Shown here in pieces: positions 1 through 8,295 of a stretch of 64,000 nucleotides of DNA (position 1 is the first letter of the stretch; each line of letters opens with the position of its first letter). Source of the DNA: Hyphomicrobiales bacterium (GTDB lineage: Bacteria > Pseudomonadota > Alphaproteobacteria > Rhizobiales > OSC116); the NCBI GenBank assembly GCA_051531935.1, contig JAOPTR010000016.1, positions 493,766 through 557,765 of the forward strand, read 5' to 3'. The position numbers were made by a program, and so were the translations under genes. The notes beneath the pieces are model-generated. The model was given only the letters and a program-made list of their open reading frames with translations. It was not told the DNA's origin and made no database searches.

Positions 1-322
1 GAGAGTTAATTGAAAATAGCACTTCACCAAATTCAGAGTAAACGGTTAAAATCCCAAACCCATCATTAATATTCGCACTCAATATTAGAGCTTCATCATC
101 CAAATCATAATGGCAAACCCCGTAGCGCAAATCTTGGCTTTCAAATTGCAATATATCACCGCCAAAATCATCGGATATCTGATGAAACTTATGTGGCTCT
201 AACAATTCCGCAACCCGCATATAAGGGCTTCCTGTTTGCGTCGATGGCCAAAATACGATGATGGCTAAATGAGTTGATATTGCCATCAAAAATACAATCA
301 ATATAGAGAAGAGATGTTTCAT
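1..322 (-). CDS. DUF1254-like membrane-anchored protein (N-terminal part; gene runs off the left edge)
   Basis: Open - strand frame from ATG at 320-322 (MKHLFSILIVFLMAISTHLAIIVFWP..., N-terminal TM helix) to the window edge. The ATG overlaps the TGA of the upstream gene (ATGA). Small DUF1214/DUF1254 pairs are common in alphaproteobacteria. Confidence 0.45.
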   Translation of the reverse strand, partial: MKHLFSILIVFLMAISTHLAIIVFWPSTQTGSPYMRVAELLEPHKFHQISDDFGGDILQFESQDLRYGVCHYDLDDEALILSANINDGFGILTVYSEFGEVLFSINS

Positions 323-909
323 ATATCACACCCCACCTTGTTAATTGCTGGCAAATTCAGCAAGTCTACATTTTCGATGGTTGTTTTATCAATTCCATAT
401 AAGCGCAAAGACAGCATAAAAGCGTCATCGCCAAAATTCATGGGGTTTATCGGCAGCCAATTCCCACCGTTCACACGCTTAGAAAGGGTGATATCATATT
501 TCCCATCAGCATTTCTAATCACATTTGCCATGTTAAACGAGTACCGCTGCGATGAATTCTCAAATCGCTCAAAATCATGATTATGGGCCGAAACGCTCCA
601 CCAAAACGCGTCAACATTATCGCCAGTCAAAATATAATCGCAATCAGCGCTCAGCTTTTGGCCTTTAGAATCCTCATAAGTGAAAAAATATAAAGCTTGG
701 TCTTGTGGCAGCGGCAAATGCCCACTATTCACCAAATAAGCCTTTGCATATGATGATAATTCTGGTTCAGCTAAATTCCCATATGTTCGCCAGATTTTAT
801 TGGTTTTAACACCCAAGCCCCAACCCGTAGATATCGCCTGATATGCACTACCAACCCCTAAAATAACGCCCAATATAAGTGCGCCTATAATGCTATAAAA
901 TGCCTTCAT
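319..909 (-). CDS. DUF1214 domain-containing protein with N-terminal membrane anchor
   Basis: 196-aa ORF with an N-terminal TM helix. Motifs (YFFTYEDSKGQKL, DAFWWSVS, MLSLRLY) resemble the short alphaproteobacterial DUF1214 family. Confidence 0.55.
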   Translation of the reverse strand: MKAFYSIIGALILGVILGVGSAYQAISTGWGLGVKTNKIWRTYGNLAEPELSSYAKAYLVNSGHLPLPQDQALYFFTYEDSKGQKLSADCDYILTGDNVDAFWWSVSAHNHDFERFENSSQRYSFNMANVIRNADGKYDITLSKRVNGGNWLPINPMNFGDDAFMLSLRLYGIDKTTIENVDLLNLPAINKVGCDI

Positions 910-923
910 TCATATCTCATAAA

Positions 924-1331
924 TTAGTTTTTAAATGCGCTCTCAGCATCTCGTATTACACTGGTCATTTCTTCACTGATTGCAACAAATTTCCCTGTCG
1001 GTCTATATTCAAGTGATGGGTCTTCAATCTCCAAAATGTTTATATCTGGGTCATAATTTTGCATTTTCGATAAATAATCATTCAGTTTCTGCTGATCTAT
1101 AACGACAGACCCCATAGGGAAGTCCCATAATTTTTGCCCATCTTCGTCAAATGAAGAACCAAAGGGAGGCCCTATCAAAATAAATTCTGTATTATATTTA
1201 CTAATAACCAAAAAAATTTGTCCGGCTGTCATGTCGCCTTTTTTCAGAATTGTTGAAAAAAACCCAAGCTTTTGGGCGTTTCTCAATTCAGCACTTATTA
1301 TAATTTCAGTTTTCAGGCGCAAATTTGTCAT
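924..1331 (-). CDS. DUF1491 family protein
   Basis: 135-aa ORF. The start MTNLRLKTEIIISAELRNAQKLGFFSTILKKGDMTAGQIFLVI resembles DUF1491 (RLKSEIWV..ALR..G..A.V...GD..AG.I). Confidence 0.55.
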   Translation of the reverse strand: MTNLRLKTEIIISAELRNAQKLGFFSTILKKGDMTAGQIFLVISKYNTEFILIGPPFGSSFDEDGQKLWDFPMGSVVIDQQKLNDYLSKMQNYDPDINILEIEDPSLEYRPTGKFVAISEEMTSVIRDAESAFKN

Positions 1332-1479
1332 ATAGATAAAGTTTTAACTAAATTAGAGTCAATTTGCACCACCAAAATCAATAATATATAAAAATATTCT
1401 ACCTATTGTGCGCTAGGTTGGAGTTCTTAGATCAGTTATTCGGTAATCGAATGGTCAACGGACTGGGTAAGGGTATAGT

Positions 1480-1890
1480 ATGGTACGGTTAATCAAGGTC
1501 TGTTTCTGGATCGCTGTCGTGGTGATGTTTTTACCAGAAGACATAACATCAAATAAAAACAATCAAAGCCTATCGGTAGATAGCGCTATTGAGGTGGCAA
1601 ATATTGGTCTTAAAAATGCCAGTGAATTTTGCACTAAAAATCCGAATGCATGTTTACAAGGCAAAGAGGCCGCGGCAAGCATTAGTCAAAAAACCATAAA
1701 CACCGCTCGCACTATTTACGATTATTTAAACAAAAACTCTTCTCAAGACGATAAAAATGGCTTGGAGCAGATTTTCGTTCAAACAGATACGCTGAGCATT
1801 GAAGATCAAATCAAACTCGCAAAATCTACAGGCCAAACTCTATCGGTTTCAGATCTGAATATAGATTTTTCAAGCCTAGACGTTCAATAA
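1480..1890 (+). CDS. small exported/membrane-anchored protein (DUF5330-like)
   Basis: 136-aa ORF with an AAGGG Shine-Dalgarno upstream and N-terminal hydrophobic MVRLIKVCFWIAVVVMFLPE, typical of DUF5330. Confidence 0.4.
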   Translation: MVRLIKVCFWIAVVVMFLPEDITSNKNNQSLSVDSAIEVANIGLKNASEFCTKNPNACLQGKEAAASISQKTINTARTIYDYLNKNSSQDDKNGLEQIFVQTDTLSIEDQIKLAKSTGQTLSVSDLNIDFSSLDVQ

Positions 1891-1975
1891 TTAGCAATAT
1901 CATCTCATTTCCCTGCAAATGTCTTGCATAACCCACTTATCATGCTATTTCTGGTGCCAATGCGTGGGAGCTATT

Positions 1976-2398
1976 ATGACAGTTGCGGACAATTTCAAAA
2001 ATTTGAGTGATGACTTTTCTTTCCTAGATGGTTGGGAAGAAAAATATAAATATGTAATCGAGTTAGGTCAAGCAATCGACAAATTCGATGATGTTTACAA
2101 AGTAGATGCCTATAAAGTCAAAGGCTGCACAAGCCAAGTTTGGTTTAAAATGGCGTTTGATACGCAAAACATAGCTACCATTACTGGTGATAGCGATGCC
2201 CACATCGTCAAGGGGTTACTAGCCATCCTCATCACCTATTATTCAGGTACCACTGCCACTGAGATCAGCCAAAATGACGCAACTGACCTCTTCTCTAATA
2301 TTGGTTTGGCAGATCAACTCACACCACAACGTGCTGGCGGTCTAAATGCCATGATTAAGCGCATCCAACTCGAAGCAAACGCTCACCTAACCGCTTAA
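1976..2398 (+). CDS. sufE: SufE-like cysteine desulfuration protein
   Basis: Shows LDGWEEKYKYVIELG, the VKGCTSQVWF active-site Cys motif and GDSDAHIVKGLLAIL. ATG at 1976 is preceded by GGGAG; the longest ORF starts at 1919. Confidence 0.8.
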   Translation: MTVADNFKNLSDDFSFLDGWEEKYKYVIELGQAIDKFDDVYKVDAYKVKGCTSQVWFKMAFDTQNIATITGDSDAHIVKGLLAILITYYSGTTATEISQNDATDLFSNIGLADQLTPQRAGGLNAMIKRIQLEANAHLTA

Positions 2399-2400
2399 AT

Positions 2401-3252
2401 TTATTTCAACCCAACACTGCTATTCACATCATGTGCTGCCCAAGCCAAATACATGCTTTTTGGCTTTTGCTTAACGTCAATTTTGTAATATTGCGCAAGC
2501 CTGTCCAAAGCCATTGTCAGTAATAACTTGCCCGATCGCGCAGGCCAAGCCAGCGCCTTTTCCGTAGCTTCAAGCCCGTTCCCAAACAAACACACCTCAA
2601 CTAATATCGCAGCAAAATCTTCGCCAACATATTCCAAGGCTTCATAAAGCTGCTTTCTTGCCAAATATAGGCTCTCGCCAAGCCCAGTGTCTTTAACACC
2701 TGTATAATGTGGCTGCGGCGCAGAGGCTAATTTCTCCCAATTCATGGTAATGTTAGGTTGCAAATTGGCATTCACAAATTTATCGAATAATTGTTGCCCC
2801 GCTTGTAAATGAGTTTCGTTCAAATATTTATGGCGTATATTACGTTGTCGATTATAGAGCTTATAAATAGGCGAGTAATCACCCCCACTTTCTAATACTG
2901 TTTGGCTTCTCCTGCGTGGCAACGAAGCCAGTTTTAAATTTTCACCCTCCCCTTCTGCCATATTGTCAGTGTGAGAGTTCTCTTCCAGATTTATAAAATA
3001 TATAAACTCCGCCAGCCATTTCTGGCCAACCTCGGTATAATTATAAATCAAATCAAAAAGTTTCAACCATTTATGATTTGCCATATTTTTAACAATTGCT
3101 GCTGGAAGCTTTTTTACAAAAACCAATTGCTGAGTAGATTGCCTATATAAAGCCATCTGTTCAAATGGTAGTTTTTTAATCACGTGTTTTTTCTTAATCA
3201 TTAATTGCAAAATGATCCGCGCTTCGCGTTCAAACTCATTTTTACATAGCAT
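2401..3252 (-). CDS. DUF6456-like protein, partner of the DnaA-C-like HTH protein
   Basis: ORF of up to 293 aa (2401-3282). Candidate starts at 3282, 3252 and 3201; the first two overlap the upstream gene. The pairing with a Bac_DnaA_C-only gene is conserved in alphaproteobacteria, from memory. Confidence 0.4.
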   Translation of the reverse strand: MLCKNEFEREARIILQLMIKKKHVIKKLPFEQMALYRQSTQQLVFVKKLPAAIVKNMANHKWLKLFDLIYNYTEVGQKWLAEFIYFINLEENSHTDNMAEGEGENLKLASLPRRRSQTVLESGGDYSPIYKLYNRQRNIRHKYLNETHLQAGQQLFDKFVNANLQPNITMNWEKLASAPQPHYTGVKDTGLGESLYLARKQLYEALEYVGEDFAAILVEVCLFGNGLEATEKALAWPARSGKLLLTMALDRLAQYYKIDVKQKPKSMYLAWAAHDVNSSVGLK

Positions 3253-3649
3253 AATAAGCTCCCTCACGTTGCTGCATGGCAAACTCGCGAATTGTTTTTT
3301 CCAATATTTCCAAAGTCAGGTCAAAGTTCATCTCATCCCGTCTGTCTTCTACTAAATTACATGCATAAGCCACGGTTGTACGATCACGCTCAAATAACTT
3401 CCCTGTCTGTGTAAGGTTTAAACCACAACAAATGTGCGTTAGATACATTGCAACCTGCCTCGCAAATGCGATATGAGCTTGCGAACGAGATTTAGCCAAA
3501 ATATCTCGGCTCGATACCCGAAATACTTTTGATACCATTTCAATAATGACAGGCTTCACCCTGATAAATTGCAAATAGCTATCCTCACCCCTAAAAGTTG
3601 ATCGATACTCATTATTTAAAAAAACATTTTCGCTTGATACTAAATTCAT
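3242..3649 (-). CDS. stand-alone DnaA domain IV (Bac_DnaA_C) helix-turn-helix protein
   Basis: ARQVAMYLTH...LTQTGKLFERDRTTVAYACNLVEDRRD aligns with E. coli DnaA domain IV ([40 protein letters not shown]). There is no AAA+ domain. Confidence 0.65.
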   Translation of the reverse strand: MNLVSSENVFLNNEYRSTFRGEDSYLQFIRVKPVIIEMVSKVFRVSSRDILAKSRSQAHIAFARQVAMYLTHICCGLNLTQTGKLFERDRTTVAYACNLVEDRRDEMNFDLTLEILEKTIREFAMQQREGAYYAM

Positions 3650-3845
3650 AACACCCTCAATACACCAATAAGTTGTAATTAATTAAAATCATCAAGCAGT
3701 ATATTTGCATTAATTTTGAAGGCGGGGATAAAAAAATTATACGAAACATTGATTTAATTAATTATCTCAATAATCAATGTTTTTTTACGCAACGTTATTT
3801 TATTTGCAAAACACAACCTATAGTAAATGAGTTTCACTTGGCAGA

Positions 3846-3872
3846 CAAAAAAAAGCCCCTAAAAAGGGGCTT
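3846..3872 (-). terminator. rho-independent terminator after mucR
   Basis: On the - strand, AGCCCCT-TTTT-AGGGGCT is followed by a T8 run, 25 nt after the mucR stop. Confidence 0.65.
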
Positions 3873-3897
3873 TAAATCAATTATTTGATTTTATGTT

Positions 3898-4335
3898 TTA
3901 GTTTTGAGCTGCCTTACGACGACCTTTATGACCAAGGCCCATATTTTTCGCTAGTTTAGAGCGCGCTGCTGCATAATTTGGCGCGACCATTGGGTAATCT
4001 ATAGGTAGACCCCATTTTTCTCTATAATCCTCTGGTGAGAGATTGTAGTGGGTGCGCAAATGGCGTTTAAGTGATTTAAACTTTTTGCCGTCTTCCAAAC
4101 AAATCAAAAAGTCTTGGGAAATTGATTGTGAAATCGCAACAGCAGGTGCCTGCTTATTTTGATTTTTCCCATCAGTGCCCGCAACATTGTTCAAGGCAGT
4201 GTAGATATTCGTAATTAACGTTTCAACGTCATCAATTGCTACAGAATTGTTAGCAACAAATGCGGCTGTAATGTCAGCCGTTAAATCAATCAATACATCA
4301 TACTCAACATCTGTTGATTTTGAATCTTCAATCAT
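3898..4335 (-). CDS. mucR: MucR/Ros family zinc-finger transcriptional regulator
   Basis: C-terminal FLICLEDGKKFKSLKRHLRTHYNLSPEDYREKWGLPIDYPMVAPNYA is the Ros/MucR signature. Confidence 0.9.
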   Translation of the reverse strand: MIEDSKSTDVEYDVLIDLTADITAAFVANNSVAIDDVETLITNIYTALNNVAGTDGKNQNKQAPAVAISQSISQDFLICLEDGKKFKSLKRHLRTHYNLSPEDYREKWGLPIDYPMVAPNYAAARSKLAKNMGLGHKGRRKAAQN

Positions 4336-4751
4336 TATACTTCTCCATACATTCAGACTTTACAAGAGCCCTAGCTTCATATTTTACTGTACACATAGAA
4401 ATAGTATTAAACCTTAGAAGGTCAAGTGAAATTACATAAAATACTTAATTTAATTAGTGTCTAGGTAAACAGCATAGACGATGTTCATAATAATTAAATA
4501 ATACTTAGGTTTAAAATTGGGACAAACATAAGATAACTTATTATTGCATTTAAAACATCTAGAATAAGTTATTCTTTTTGTAGTAATTAGCTAAATTTGC
4601 CACTTAATAACTCTTCCAACCAATAAAAATATGTTTTATACATAAAATTATCTTCTTCTGACGCGCTCAAAAAACTTATTAACTAAAACATTAGTGTATA
4701 ACAAAATTTTTCACTGTTAACTCTAACATTAGCAATGGTTAATATGGCGAA

Positions 4752-5111
4752 TCAGTTTTGACTGTCTAAAACTTCGCCATTTTCGCTATATTTTCCATCA
4801 ATCAAATTAATCTCAGTTTCTTTACAAGTTTTAACACCCGCAATGACCGAGGCTCTCGCCAATAAATGTGCCGAAACGGGAGTGGTCAAGATCAAAAATA
4901 TCACGCCCGCAATAGATCTTGTAATTAACCCAACCTCCGCCGAGGCAACTGCCACGGCAATTAACAATAATCCGGCACCTAAAGTGCCTGCTTTACTCGC
5001 GGCATGCATACGCACATAAACATCTTGAAAGCGCAAAACGCCCAATGCACCAATTAAACTAAACAATGCGCCAATTATAATCAGTGCGCTGATAATCAAT
5101 TCAATAATCAT
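4752..5111 (-). CDS. mnhG: monovalent cation/H+ antiporter subunit G
   Basis: 119 aa with LIGALGVLRFQDVYVRMHAASKAGTLG, typical of MnhG/PhaG. It is the last gene of the 7-gene operon. Confidence 0.85.
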   Translation of the reverse strand: MIIELIISALIIIGALFSLIGALGVLRFQDVYVRMHAASKAGTLGAGLLLIAVAVASAEVGLITRSIAGVIFLILTTPVSAHLLARASVIAGVKTCKETEINLIDGKYSENGEVLDSQN

Positions 5112-5126
5112 TTTTATCTCCGATAA

Positions 5127-5438
5127 TCAATCTGTTGGTTTTTTGTCTAATTGTATTTGGTTTTGCCCTTGCCATAATACATAGCGGGCAAATGCAACGG
5201 TTGCCAAAAAGCCAATAAGCCCCAACGCAATAGCCACATCAATATAAGCAAATTGGGTGGTTCTAATGGCAAATATAGCAATAAATCCAATACCCAAAGA
5301 CACCAAAACGTCCAAACATAATATCCTGTCAGAAAGTGTCGGGCCAATAATCAGGCGTATTGTTACCAATATAAATGCTATGATAAGCAAAACCTGTGCA
5401 ATCAATGTTGCATAATCAAGATAAATATTTTCCATCAT
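5127..5438 (-). CDS. mnhF: monovalent cation/H+ antiporter subunit F
   Basis: 103-aa membrane protein with an IGPTLSDRILCLDVL motif. Position in the operon fits. Confidence 0.8.
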   Translation of the reverse strand: MMENIYLDYATLIAQVLLIIAFILVTIRLIIGPTLSDRILCLDVLVSLGIGFIAIFAIRTTQFAYIDVAIALGLIGFLATVAFARYVLWQGQNQIQLDKKPTD

Positions 5439-5911
5439 TCGAACACCTCAATCACTTTCTTTTCAAACCCGTTAGCAATGTCCAAAATTATCGCTTCTGG
5501 GTCACTTGCATCAATCGCATGCACATATAATGTCTTTTTATCGTCAGACACGTCTACGCTCAACGTGCCAGGAGTTAGGGTAATTAGGTTTGCCAATAAT
5601 GTAATTTCAACATCAGTTTTCACCAAAAGCGGATAAGCAATAATTCCAGGCTTAAAATCCAATTTAGGCTTCAACACTAATACTGCCACCGTCACCGTGG
5701 CGAGTATTAACTCGTAAACAAACAATAAGAAGAGTGAAGCTATCTTGCGCGATTTCCTAAAATATAATCCGGCACCTAATTGTTCACGTACCAGCCAAAT
5801 GGCCAACAGTCCAAACAAAAAGCCCATGAATAAATTGAGAATTGAAAAATTCCCAGCAATGGCTGCCCATGCTAGAGATAATACAATGTGAAGTGTGAAT
5901 ATTCTCATCAT
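5435..5911 (-). CDS. mnhE: monovalent cation/H+ antiporter subunit E
   Basis: 158 aa with an LTPGTLSVDV motif. It has 4-nt overlaps with both neighbouring genes. Confidence 0.8.
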   Translation of the reverse strand: MMRIFTLHIVLSLAWAAIAGNFSILNLFMGFLFGLLAIWLVREQLGAGLYFRKSRKIASLFLLFVYELILATVTVAVLVLKPKLDFKPGIIAYPLLVKTDVEITLLANLITLTPGTLSVDVSDDKKTLYVHAIDASDPEAIILDIANGFEKKVIEVFE

Positions 5912-7482
5912 TCGCCTCCTGCTGCAAATGTCGCTTTGATATAAAGATCAACGTTCAACAAATCATAAGCTGCCAAATCTGCTTGCCTAATCAAAGTTCC
6001 TGGCATCACCCCCAAATACAATGTTAGTATAAATATAATTCCAATCGGCAACATCATCACGCGCAATTGTTTTGCGCCCAGTCGTTTGCCTCGTGCTTCA
6101 TAGTGGCCGTCTTCAACATCCACATCTCCACCGCGCCAGATCATTTGAATGCTCGCACGTCCAATCGCTGCAATGGTCAGAAAACTGCTAATCAATATCG
6201 CGGCAATTAACCACGAATGGCCTTGTTCAAACGCAGCCGTCACCATCATGTATTTTGGCCAAAGACCAGAGAAAGGTGGCAGGCCTGCAACCGCAAGCGC
6301 CAAACCAAAATAACAAATCGCCACATATGGGTTTTGCATCACAATACCGCCAATTTTAGCAATTTCAAAGCTACCCGCCATACGGCCAATCACACCAGAT
6401 ATTAAATATAATCCCGTCATCACAAGCATAGAGTGTACGGCATATTGCACCGTCGCCATTAATGCCAATTGGGTGTGTATAGCGATACCAATCATCAACA
6501 TACCAACACCCGACATCAAAAGATAAGCCAACATGCGGCGTAGTTCAGATTGCGCAACAGCGCCAAGTCCACCTGCAATCACTGTCAAACCGCCAATAAT
6601 TCCAAACAGCTCAAACGCAGCACCATTGCCTTCTGGGAAAGTGATGGTGAAAATGCGTAATAAAGCGTAAACGCCCACTTTGGTCAATAAACCCGCAAAT
6701 ATAGCCGATACCACCACCCTTGGCGTGTGATATGCAGCAGGTAACCAAAAATACATCGGAAAAGCCGCCGCTTTTATGCTGAATGCAAATAAGAACATAA
6801 TAGATAATATAGCAAGTGTGCCTGTGGCATCACTTTGGGCTACTTTTACATAAAGGTCTGCAAAGTTTAAAGTACCTGTAACACCGTATAGCAAGCCCGT
6901 GGCAATCAAAAAGAATGTCGTACCTAATAAGTTCAGGAATGCATATTTCACTGCGCCATCAAGTTGAATTTTCTCGCCGCCCAATATCAATAGCCCGAAT
7001 GATGAAATCAACATCACCTCAAACCAAACATATAAGTTAAATATATCACCCGTTAAAAACGATCCATTTACGCCAACCAATAACATCAAAACCAATGTAT
7101 AGTAACCAGCCTTAGTCGCTGCCTTGTCTACGTCTGCGGGGCTATATAATATAATCAAAAATGTCACTAAGGATGCCACAATGGCAAATATAGCGCTTAA
7201 CGCATCAGCGGTAAAAGCAATGCCATATGGCGCCAACCAACCAGACATCGTTAAACTTTGCGGGCCGTTGATTATAACGTCAAAAAACAAATAACCCGAG
7301 CCAACTAAAGATATAAGGCTGGCTATGAGCGCAAGGTAAAATTGAAATTTATCTTTTTGGCGCAATGTTAGTGAAAGTGCAGCCAATACCAATGGCGCAA
7401 GCACGGGTAGCAATATATTCCAATCCGCCAATGTAGTCGGCGTGGTCTTCATCGCTTCACTAATTAAATGTGGGTCTGCCAT
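5908..7482 (-). CDS. mnhD: monovalent cation/H+ antiporter subunit D (NuoM/N-like)
   Basis: 524-aa polytopic protein with proton-pumping subunit motifs (WLPAAYHTP, FLLFAFSIKAAAFP). Confidence 0.85.
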   Translation of the reverse strand: MADPHLISEAMKTTPTTLADWNILLPVLAPLVLAALSLTLRQKDKFQFYLALIASLISLVGSGYLFFDVIINGPQSLTMSGWLAPYGIAFTADALSAIFAIVASLVTFLIILYSPADVDKAATKAGYYTLVLMLLVGVNGSFLTGDIFNLYVWFEVMLISSFGLLILGGEKIQLDGAVKYAFLNLLGTTFFLIATGLLYGVTGTLNFADLYVKVAQSDATGTLAILSIMFLFAFSIKAAAFPMYFWLPAAYHTPRVVVSAIFAGLLTKVGVYALLRIFTITFPEGNGAAFELFGIIGGLTVIAGGLGAVAQSELRRMLAYLLMSGVGMLMIGIAIHTQLALMATVQYAVHSMLVMTGLYLISGVIGRMAGSFEIAKIGGIVMQNPYVAICYFGLALAVAGLPPFSGLWPKYMMVTAAFEQGHSWLIAAILISSFLTIAAIGRASIQMIWRGGDVDVEDGHYEARGKRLGAKQLRVMMLPIGIIFILTLYLGVMPGTLIRQADLAAYDLLNVDLYIKATFAAGGE

Positions 7483-7501
7483 AATTCTAGATCCGTCTTG
7501 T

Positions 7502-7879
7502 TCAATAAGTCAGCTTGGTTAATTCAGTTGTTTCTGGCTCTGCAATGCGCATATCATCACTATTGTCAGTGCCAAGGCTTTCATAAGCGCGGTAGGTTAA
7601 AACCAGTACAAATGAAAACAAAGCAAAACCAATCACAATCGCAGTCAATATCAATGCTTGGGGTAACGGGTTCGCAATGCCTGTCAAAGTGCCATGTTGG
7701 TCAGCAGGTATAATGGGCGGTATTTCGCGCGTCACTCTGCCCACAGTAAAAATAAGCAAGTTCACTGCGTTGCCCAATAAGGCGACACCCAAAACAAGCC
7801 TAATCACGCTGCGGCTCATCATTAAATAAGTGCTTGTGGCAAAAATCAGGCCCACCAAAACTGTTAAATAAAATTCCAT
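7502..7879 (-). CDS. mnhC: monovalent cation/H+ antiporter subunit C (NuoK-like)
   Basis: 125 aa with 3 TM helices and an LLGNAVNLLIF motif. Confidence 0.8.
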   Translation of the reverse strand: MEFYLTVLVGLIFATSTYLMMSRSVIRLVLGVALLGNAVNLLIFTVGRVTREIPPIIPADQHGTLTGIANPLPQALILTAIVIGFALFSFVLVLTYRAYESLGTDNSDDMRIAEPETTELTKLTY

Positions 7880-8295
7880 CAGTCAGCCTCCTCAAGTGTT
7901 AAAGCAATTGCAGTAATCGCCCCCACAACCACAAACCACACACCAATGTCAAAAATCATCGGGGTCGATAAATCAAAATAATCAACATTGCCAAGCGGTA
8001 CTTTCCACCAGATACCCGATAAAAATGGCACTTGGTTGATGTATGAAGGGATGCCACTGGCAGCCGCCATCAACACACCAAAACCGGCTAAACTTACAGG
8101 GTGAAAATACAAAGCGCGTCTCACTGCTTGCACACCAGATGATATGCCAAATAATGCCATGGCCGATGCTGCAATCAACCCACCAATAAACCCGCCACCA
8201 GGCTCGTTATGCCCGCGTAATAATACGAATAGTGAAAAAATAATCATCAGTGCGGTTAATGCTGGGGCGATGGTGCGTAAAATTAATGTGTTCAT
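7879..8295 (-). CDS. mnhB: monovalent cation/H+ antiporter subunit B
   Basis: 138 aa with the [16 protein letters not shown] MnhB-domain signature. Confidence 0.8.
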   Translation of the reverse strand: MNTLILRTIAPALTALMIIFSLFVLLRGHNEPGGGFIGGLIAASAMALFGISSGVQAVRRALYFHPVSLAGFGVLMAAASGIPSYINQVPFLSGIWWKVPLGNVDYFDLSTPMIFDIGVWFVVVGAITAIALTLEEAD

